In this document: positions 8,404 to 13,367 of the stretch, one piece after another
Position numbering within the stretch: the first letter of the stretch is position 1
Layout of the letters: every line of letters begins with the position of its first letter
Source: a virus
Lineage: Duplodnaviria; Caudoviricetes
Reading direction: 5' to 3' (one strand)
Length of the DNA: 31,957 bases
IMG/VR virus record: IMGVR_UViG_3300037424_000100
Span: 1-31,957 of that record
Notes under the pieces: generated by a model
Told to the model about the DNA's origin: nothing
The model's database searches: none
The model's input: only the letters and a program-made list of their open reading frames with translations
Program-made: the position numbers and the translations under genes

Positions 8404-8473
8404 TGGAACCGGCAGGAATCGAACCTGCATTACGAGAATTAGTCTCGCGTCTTACCAGTTAGACCACGGTCCC
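8404..8473 (-). tRNA. Atypical tRNA-like RNA A: Ala identity, 5-nt anticodon loop
   Basis: GGGACCG/CGGUUCC-A acceptor (G3:U70, A73); D arm GUCU/AGAC; CGAGA-CUAAU-UCUCG; T arm GCAGG-UUCGAUU-CCUGC. Confidence 0.8.
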
Positions 8474-8475
8474 GC

Positions 8476-8545
8476 ACCCCCATCTGACTGTCCCGATTGT
8501 CAGTGGGGGCTCTCCTGCCTTGACGAGTGGAGCAAGGCAGGAAGT
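8476..8545. other. Two adjacent stem-loops upstream of tRNA-like RNA A
   Basis: CCCCATCTGAC/GTCAGTGGGG and TCCTGCCTTG/CAAGGCAGGA inverted repeats. Confidence 0.45.
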
Positions 8546-8554
8546 ATTTAAAAT

Positions 8555-8917
8555 CTAGAAGATGAAGAGGCGGGACAGGTATTCCGCACGCAATGTCTGG
8601 CGACCCCTACCGTCAACAGGCTGCCTAGTGGGGGTGCCACTGTTCAGATAGCCCTTGACGTAGCCGTAGCTGGACGACAGGATCTCACCCGTCTTGTTCC
8701 ACCACGCCCGACGCTCGGTCTCGCAACGGTCGCACTCGTGGACGACGTAGTACGCCTGAGAATGCTTGTCCCACGTGGCGCTATGGTGCTGCCAACGATG
8801 CCCCAAGGTCCGGCACTCTAGGAAGTTGCTCGGTAGATCGCTAGTCCAGTTTACGAAAGTGGGCTGTTCCGCTTCCTTTGTTTTCGGCATCGTCTCTTCC
8901 AGGGTGGCTGTTGACAT
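8555..8917 (-). CDS. Hypothetical protein with putative zinc site
   Basis: ECRTLGHRW ... CDRC motif; 120 aa. Confidence 0.75.
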   Translation of the reverse strand: MSTATLEETMPKTKEAEQPTFVNWTSDLPSNFLECRTLGHRWQHHSATWDKHSQAYYVVHECDRCETERRAWWNKTGEILSSSYGYVKGYLNSGTPTRQPVDGRGRQTLRAEYLSRLFIF

Positions 8918-8954
8918 TTGTTTAAGATTCCTGTCTGTCTATTTAACAGTGTCG

Positions 8955-9027
8955 TAGCCCGACTGGGACTCGAACCCAGACTGTATCGATTTTAAGTCGA
9001 TTTCCTCTGCCGTTGGGATACCGGGCC
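8955..9027 (-). tRNA. tRNA-Leu(UAA), short variable arm
   Basis: GGCCCGG/UCGGGCU-A; anticodon arm AUCGA-CUUAAAA-UCGAU; T arm CUGGG-UUCGAGU-CCCAG; CCA not encoded. Confidence 0.92.
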
Positions 9028-9049
9028 AAACACCCCCGACATTTATAGC

Positions 9050-9088
9050 CCCCCGCTGGACTTCCACAGTAACCAGCGGGGGTTATTT
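9050..9088. terminator. GC-rich hairpin, terminator- or attenuator-like
   Basis: CCCCCGCTGG/CCAGCGGGGG 10-bp stem followed by TTATTT on the plus strand; weak U-tract on minus, so direction is uncertain. Confidence 0.45.
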
Positions 9089-9141
9089 AGTTAGGTAAAC
9101 ATCTTGCAGCTACTTTTAATAACAGCAATTTGTACAGACCA

Positions 9142-9201
9142 TTAACGTAACAGGCGGTCTCTACGTATGACAGAGTTGCAGCTTTTAGCTGTGTAGCCCA
9201 T
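9142..9201 (-). CDS. 19-aa mini-ORF MGYTAKSCNSVIRRDRLLR (candidate leader/sensor peptide)
   Basis: Strong SD GGAGGTG 5 nt before the ATG; contains AAA, AAC, ATA, AGA and TTA once each. Confidence 0.55.
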   Translation of the reverse strand: MGYTAKSCNSVIRRDRLLR

Positions 9202-9230
9202 TAATTCACCTCCAATCCACTGATCGGTCG

Positions 9231-9303
9231 TCCCCACGGAGAGACTCGAACTCCCGACCTTGGCGATAGAAGCGCCTTGCTCTATCCACTGAGCTACGTG
9301 GGG
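9231..9303 (-). tRNA. tRNA-Arg(UCU)
   Basis: CCCCACG/CGUGGGG-A; D arm GCUC-AGUGGAUA-GAGC; GGCG-CUUCUAU-CGCC; T loop UUCGAGU. Confidence 0.92.
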
Positions 9304-9476
9304 TTAGGTAGTTCTGTAAGTGTAATTAAGAATCTCGTTCCAGTAACAATTTCATCTTCCGATTCCATACGTAAGCCATGACCGGTATAGAGATTCCATT
9401 CTCTACTGCTCTTGTTGTACTTGGACTCAGTCACAGTATCAACAAGAGAGAAGTCAAACAACTCGTTATCTGCCAT
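9294..9476 (-). CDS. Hypothetical protein (60 aa)
   Basis: AGGTAGG upstream; the stop lies inside the 5' end of tRNA-Arg. Confidence 0.55.
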   Translation of the reverse strand: MADNELFDFSLVDTVTESKYNKSSREWNLYTGHGLRMESEDEIVTGTRFLITLTELPNPT

Positions 9477-9481
9477 CTTAC

Positions 9482-9616
9482 CTACCTCTTCTTTTTAGCT
9501 GCCTCTCTTCGCTCCGCCCTGTTTCCGTTGGAGTCAGGAGTAGATGGCTTACGAACCGTGCCGTTAAATCTGTCTCGACGCCTGAGCTTACCTGCTTTGA
9601 TCTTTACCATTGCCAT
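9482..9616 (-). CDS. Small basic protein (44 aa)
   Basis: MAMVKIKAGKLRRRDRFNGTVRKPSTPDSNGNRAERREAAKKKR; GAGG SD; contains an NRAERR motif. Confidence 0.6.
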   Translation of the reverse strand: MAMVKIKAGKLRRRDRFNGTVRKPSTPDSNGNRAERREAAKKKR

Positions 9617-9619
9617 GCT

Positions 9620-9850
9620 CTACCTCATCCATTCTGCATGATAGACAAACATTCTGTCCAGCTCTCTTTCGTTCATGTCAGGCAAGTCTACCCACCATGT
9701 CACACTGTCACCGTGAGTCTGAGTGAGCACGACGTCCATGAAGTGAAGGAACTCTTGTCCGTGCAACGCAGTGGGAAACATAGCGTTGTCGTGGTACACC
9801 CACGGTAGATGACGCTTCAGTGCGTACTGTTTCTCTTTTATGTTGTTCAT
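9620..9850 (-). CDS. Hypothetical protein (76 aa)
   Basis: Open frame filling the gap after tRNA-Asn; the start abuts the tRNA 3' end. Confidence 0.6.
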   Translation of the reverse strand: MNNIKEKQYALKRHLPWVYHDNAMFPTALHGQEFLHFMDVVLTQTHGDSVTWWVDLPDMNERELDRMFVYHAEWMR

Positions 9851-9851
9851 G

Positions 9852-9924
9852 CTCTCCCACTTGGACTCGAACCAAGAACCTAGCGGTTAACAGCCGCTTA
9901 CTCTGCCAATTGAGCTATGGGAGA
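9852..9924 (-). tRNA. tRNA-Asn(GUU)
   Basis: UCUCCCA/UGGGAGA-G; AGCGG-CUGUUAA-CCGCU; T arm CUUGG-UUCGAGU-CCAAG. Confidence 0.95.
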
Positions 9925-10000
9925 TTAATGTCTGTCGCGGTGTCCCCTCAAACGCCCACAGACTCTACACAGATGCGACGTCGTCCCACTGCGCAGCTCG

Positions 10001-10076
10001 TGCTCCCGGAAGGATTTGAACCTTCGCATCTCCCGCTTATAAGACGGGCGCCGTTACCAGACTTGGCTACGGGAGC
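10001..10076 (-). tRNA. tRNA-Ile(UAU)
   Basis: GCUCCCG/CGGGAGC-A; CCCGU-CUUAUAA-GCGGG; T arm GAAGG-UUCAAAU-CCUUC. Confidence 0.9.
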
Positions 10077-10079
10077 AAA

Positions 10080-10139
10080 GTACCTGTACTCGTTGTCCGG
10101 GGATACTGCTGCAATCCAGTATCCCACGAGTACAGGTAC
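10080..10139. ncRNA. Long bulged hairpin
   Basis: GTACCTGTACTCGT/ACGAGTACAGGTAC (14 bp) plus inner GGGATACTG/CAGTATCCC (9 bp) with a 6-nt one-sided bulge. Confidence 0.5.
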
Positions 10140-10146
10140 ATATAAC

Positions 10147-10224
10147 GACCGACTAGGTGTTCACTCCGGGTGAATGTCCAAACCCGGTTCTAGGCTCTCC
10201 CTAGACTCCTATTCCTAGTCGGTC
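10147..10224 (-). ncRNA. Three-way-junction RNA starting immediately after the CCA of tRNA-like RNA B
   Basis: 11-bp closing stem GACCGACUAGG/CCUAGUCGGUC with inner hairpins UCUAGG/CCUAGA and CCGGGU/ACCCGG. Confidence 0.55.
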
Positions 10225-10295
10225 TGGTGGAGCGGACGGGAATCGAACCCGCCTCCCGGCACACACGTCCAACTCAGCCACTGAGCTACCGCCCC
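10225..10295 (-). tRNA. Atypical tRNA-like RNA B: Ala identity, encoded CCA, collapsed anticodon arm
   Basis: GGGGCGG/CCGCUCC-A-CCA (G3:U70); UAGCUCAGUGG D-arm start; GCGGG-UUCGAUU-CCCGU T arm; only 19 nt between the D and T stems. Confidence 0.8.
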
Positions 10296-10298
10296 TCC

Positions 10299-10376
10299 GT
10301 GCGTTGGCCTCGCCTACAGTGTCAGGGGCGGAACCCTGGTGTCAGCTAGTCGCCTAAAGACAGACGCACCCCTGCC
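10299..10376 (-). ncRNA. Putative pseudoknot RNA motif, copy C
   Basis: GGCAG-GGGUGCGU-CUGUC ... CCAACGCAC; ends 3 nt before tRNA-like RNA B. Confidence 0.55.
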
Positions 10377-10377
10377 T

Positions 10378-10460
10378 ATGCGTTGTTTCCTTTGGTCTTA
10401 ACCGTGGCATGTGTAGGCATGGAATTCCACGGTCCCAACGGAGGCTGACGCACCCCAGCC
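10378..10460 (-). ncRNA. Putative pseudoknot RNA motif, copy B
   Basis: GGCUG-GGGUGCGU-CAGCC, second stem UCC.UUGG.ACCGUGG/CCACGGU..CCAA.GGA, then AACAACGCAU. Confidence 0.6.
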
Positions 10461-10468
10461 CGCTTGAT

Positions 10469-10568
10469 ATGAGTCACGGAGGTTGTTGTTCTCCCGTGCT
10501 CCCCTGTTTCGGTGCCCCTCTTAAGTGATGAGGACTTTCACTCTCCTAAACCGTAACAGGTAACTCAT
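10469..10568 (-). ncRNA. ~100-nt structured RNA with possible internal H-type pseudoknot
   Basis: Closing AUGAGU/ACUCAU; CCUGUU.CGGU/ACCG.AACAGG; CACGG..GAG/CUCCGUG hairpin; AGUGA-AAG-UCCUC-A-UCACU-UAA-GAGGG. Confidence 0.5.
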
Positions 10569-10572
10569 AAAT

Positions 10573-10785
10573 CTATTTAGTTTGTTCTTCTGCCTGATCT
10601 TTAAGTTTTTTAGCGATCTCTTCCTGAACCATTTCGTACTCTATGAATGTACGGTACCAACGATTGTAGACTCTTCTGTCTACACTGATCATTACTTCGG
10701 AGTCGTCGATAGTTGGTCCGTCGTTCTCACGAGCGTAATAATTAGGGAACCGGTCGTTCGCGCTAACCAAAACTTTAATCGGCAC
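10573..10785 (-). CDS. Hypothetical protein (70 aa), small paralog family member
   Basis: AGGAG SD, GTG start; RWYRTFIEYEMVQEEI matches the genes at 4.2-4.7 kb. Confidence 0.75.
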   Translation of the reverse strand: MPIKVLVSANDRFPNYYARENDGPTIDDSEVMISVDRRVYNRWYRTFIEYEMVQEEIAKKLKDQAEEQTK

Positions 10786-10803
10786 TCGTCACTCCTAAAT
10801 AAG

Positions 10804-10890
10804 GGTAAGTGGCACGGCGTAGGACTCTACACCGACATTAATCCGCCCGCTCATTTTCCCGGGAAAACCTCGGCGCAACCACTTTTTACC
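10804..10890 (-). ncRNA. Structured spacer RNA downstream of tRNA-Lys
   Basis: Closing GGUAA..AGUGG/CCACUUACC; hairpins UUUUC/GAAAA and CGGUGUAG/CUACGCCG (G:U on minus). Confidence 0.4.
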
Positions 10891-10905
10891 TAGTCCTAGA
10901 CCCCG

Positions 10906-10978
10906 TGGACCCGGTCGGGATCGAACCGACGACAGTCTGATTAAAAGTCAGAAGCTACTACCACTGAGCTACGGGTCC
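10906..10978 (-). tRNA. tRNA-Lys(UUU)
   Basis: GGACCCG/CGGGUCC-A; UCUGA-CUUUUAA-UCAGA; T arm GUCGG-UUCGAUC-CCGAC. Confidence 0.95.
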
Positions 10979-10991
10979 TACTATTTCTTTT

Positions 10992-11253
10992 CGGTGAGGA
11001 ACCCCTAGCATACGTCTGCTCTGGTTTTTGCCAGGTAGTGCTACGGGATCTTGATACCGTCGTCCCCGCCGGTCTCACCGCTTCACGTCACTATTGAGGA
11101 GTCAAAGTACGTGTGCTGATCTAGGACTTACGATCATGATTTTCAGATCATGTTGGCCTACCGCATTCGTGATGATGTTAGTGGGTCCTGCCCCACGGAT
11201 ACGAAGGTGACAGTCGGGGGACAAAGCACGCTCCCTGGCCACGAGGCAGGACC
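10992..11253 (-). ncRNA. Structured ~260-nt 5' leader or ncRNA of the tRNA operon
   Basis: No ORF; GGUCCUGCC/GGCAGGACC starts at the predicted TSS; CGGUGAG/CUCACCG closes the 3' domain. Confidence 0.45.
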
Positions 11254-11260
11254 GACTCAC

Positions 11261-11289
11261 AAGCTACAGAGGAGTTGTCCAGAGGTCAA
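11261..11289 (-). promoter_or_regulatory. Sigma70/HrdB-type promoter for the leftward RNA operon
   Basis: TTGACC (11289-11284), 17-nt spacer, TAGCTT (11266-11261). Confidence 0.7.
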
Positions 11290-11404
11290 GCCAGAGCTTC
11301 AAGATCTTTAATACCTAGATCATATATCACGGAGTATAGATCCGGCCCCTGTGGTCCCCAAAGAAGATCTTGAAAAGCAAGATTATTTTCTAAGGATCAC
11401 AGGA

Positions 11405-11849
11405 GCAGGACTCTCACGTCTGCATGAGTCCTGCCGATCGCCCCCCTGGACTTCCCAGGGCACCAAGACATGGTCTAGCGGCTCGTGGGTGATCGGAAGT
11501 AGGCGAGCGTCTTGGTGCAACCCTTGCCGGCACGGTCACGCCGACAGCAGTAGTAACAGGCTCTGACCCTGATAGCTCGGCTGACTAGACCGACCCCACC
11601 TCATGACGGTATGGTGGGTGCGCTTTCCTAGCAGGAGCACCCTAACACAAGATCCTCATGTAGGCCGTGATCCGGTTGACCGCCGGTAGCCTCGTGGGGA
11701 TCTTGTGCGTTGGGGTCAGAGGCTACCGATCTTGTCCAGCCTGCCGTACGCTAGTCGAGCCTCACAGCCAATGCGCTCCCGTCCAGGATGTTTGGCTTGG
11801 CCTAGGCAGACCGGGGAGCTGATCTTCTAGGATGGTGGATCAGCTCCCC
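11405..11849 (+). ncRNA. Large structured non-coding element (~445 nt)
   Basis: At least seven 7-15 bp helices, some crossing; mismatches resolve as G:U on the plus strand. Confidence 0.5.
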
Positions 11850-11928
11850 CCTTCAACATCACACCACTAAGATCACTACCACTCGACAGGGTTGTTCGTT
11901 AGAAGTTTCTCCTAATGGAGGTTGCAAA

Positions 11929-12075
11929 ATGCCAGAGTGGTTATATACATTGTGTAGAGCAACATGCGGCCACCCATACAGAAGCCCTCTGGTGCTAGCA
12001 CTCGCAGAGAACGCGCTGACTGACCTGAGTTGCCTACGGTCAGCGGACCAAGGCTTCTGGGGTGTGACCCGGTGA
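11929..12075 (+). CDS. 48-aa ORF translationally coupled to the helicase
   Basis: GGAGG 7 nt before the ATG; MPEWLYTLCRATCGHPYRSPLVLALAENALTDLSCLRSADQGFWGVTR; its TGA overlaps the helicase GTG (GTGA). Confidence 0.6.
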   Translation: MPEWLYTLCRATCGHPYRSPLVLALAENALTDLSCLRSADQGFWGVTR

Positions 12076-13355
12076 GCAACCTGAATCCCGAAAGAGCTTT
12101 GATATCAGCGGTTCTCAGGACTCAGAAGCATCAGCCTCTCCTCGAAGAGATGATCTCCCCGGACTACTTTGACGGGTACGTGGACGAGGCAGAGTGGTTG
12201 TTCAAGTACATCGACAGACGCAAGCGAGCACCTAGCCGCGCGTTGTTCAAAGCTGAGTTCCCTGACTTCCGGCTACTAGCTGTCGATGACGTCGAGCACT
12301 ACTGCGCCGAGGTACGCAAGCGTCACAGCGCCGTCCTACTCACCGAGACTCTGTCGAACGCTGCCGAGATGATCCACGACGGAGAGGTGGAAAAGGCGCT
12401 CGACATCATTCAGCGCGGAACAGTTAAAACATATTCAACTATACGTTTACATCACGACTCAGACATTATTGACAACTGGGAACCACTGTACCAGGATGTC
12501 CAGGAACGAAAAGAAAAGTATGATACAGAAGGTTTTGCCGGAATCCCTACAGGATTCGAGACAGTGGACGAGCGCACAGGTGGGTTGCAAGGCGGGCAGT
12601 TAGGAGTCCTGGCCGCCCGCCTAGGGCAAGGAAAATCATGGTCACTTATGCGTATGGCAGTGACCGCGCTCATGCACGGAAAGGTAGTCCAATTCAACGC
12701 ACTAGAGATGCACAGGCAGGAAGTTTCCAAAAGAGTTCATGCGTTCCTCTCTTCTTCAATTGGTCGGAACATATTCAGCAACACCAACCTTGCCCAAGGC
12801 AAGGAAATCGACCTTGTGGAGTACAACAAGTTTCTACGGACTCTCCGGAAGGAGCTAAACGGATCTGGACGACTACATGTGGCCGACGCCTCCCACGGGC
12901 AGATCTCCACGATGGACATCGAGAGTCAGATCACCAGAAATAACCCCGACATAGTTTTCATCGACTACATTACTTTGATGAAGATGCGTGGGGAGGGAGA
13001 CTGGTCGTCTCTTGCTCGTCTCACCAACGAATTAAAACAACTGGCCTCGCAGTATCGAGTACCAATTATGGTCGCGGCACAGTTAAATCGTAACGCGGCT
13101 GGTGGCAAAGAAGACATGCCGGGGCCAGAGGACTTGGCTCGTGGGGACAGTATTGGACAGGATGCCGATCTGGTGCTCTTCCAGAGGCTGATGTCAGACC
13201 GTGCACTAAAATGCCAGTGTGTAAAGAACCGACACGGAGTAGGTAATTTTAAATACTATTGCGTCTTTGATCCGAGTCACGGGGTTCTTCAGGAGATTAA
13301 TAAAGACGCCTTTGAGGATATTAGATCAGAAGATATGGTCAACGCTAACAAGTGA
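12072..13355 (+). CDS. dnaB: DnaB-like replicative helicase
   Basis: GIPTGFETVDERTGGLQ, Walker A ARLGQGKS, LEM, VFIDYI, AQLNR, IGQDAD, KNRHG. Start placed at GTG 12072 rather than TTG 12030. Confidence 0.96.
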   Translation: MSNLNPERALISAVLRTQKHQPLLEEMISPDYFDGYVDEAEWLFKYIDRRKRAPSRALFKAEFPDFRLLAVDDVEHYCAEVRKRHSAVLLTETLSNAAEMIHDGEVEKALDIIQRGTVKTYSTIRLHHDSDIIDNWEPLYQDVQERKEKYDTEGFAGIPTGFETVDERTGGLQGGQLGVLAARLGQGKSWSLMRMAVTALMHGKVVQFNALEMHRQEVSKRVHAFLSSSIGRNIFSNTNLAQGKEIDLVEYNKFLRTLRKELNGSGRLHVADASHGQISTMDIESQITRNNPDIVFIDYITLMKMRGEGDWSSLARLTNELKQLASQYRVPIMVAAQLNRNAAGGKEDMPGPEDLARGDSIGQDADLVLFQRLMSDRALKCQCVKNRHGVGNFKYYCVFDPSHGVLQEINKDAFEDIRSEDMVNANK

Positions 13356-13367
13356 GGCTGATAGACA

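Larger units (their letters stand above)
11047..11874. repeat. GATC cluster (18 sites), candidate replication origin or protein-binding array
   Basis: Hand count of 18 GATC in 828 bp (about 3 expected at uniform composition); 8 are in AAGATC/GATCTT context. Confidence 0.55.

Noticed and set aside
8404-8473. Amber suppressor tRNA or TAG recoding (CUA appears in the loop)
   Set aside because: The loop is only 5 nt and CUA is not at positions 34-36 after a U33. Many genes here end cleanly in TAG and long genes are uninterrupted, so the code is standard.
9820-10173. 117-aa plus-strand ORF
   Set aside because: Antisense to tRNA-Asn and tRNA-Ile; a typical tRNA shadow ORF.
10299-10460. Guanidine-III, fluoride, SAH riboswitch or pistol ribozyme as the identity of the repeated pseudoknot
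   Set aside because: The topology is similar but the diagnostic nucleotides of each family, as I recall them, are missing. An Rfam scan is needed to exclude them formally.
10500-10560. Hammerhead ribozyme (TGATGAG and GAAAC-like words)
   Set aside because: GTGATGAG is on plus (and is not CTGA) while CGAAAC is on minus, so the core cannot be assembled on one strand.
10225-10570. tmRNA (one- or two-piece)
   Set aside because: The 5' GGGG and 3' UCCACCA ends are only 71 nt apart with no tag reading frame between them, and the order is not that of a permuted gene.
8326-10905. HDV-like theta ribozymes at tRNA 3' ends
   Set aside because: I could not find the nested double pseudoknot with a P3/L3 UCC-CG(C/U) pattern after any tRNA by eye; a motif search would be decisive.
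11351-11566. 71-aa plus-strand ORF
   Set aside because: No SD, atypical composition, and it lies in the heavily base-paired GATC-rich region.
11922-11951. Plus-strand promoter TTGCAA-N18-TACATT
   Set aside because: It overlaps the start of the well-supported 48-aa uORF. Possible, but not distinguishable from chance.
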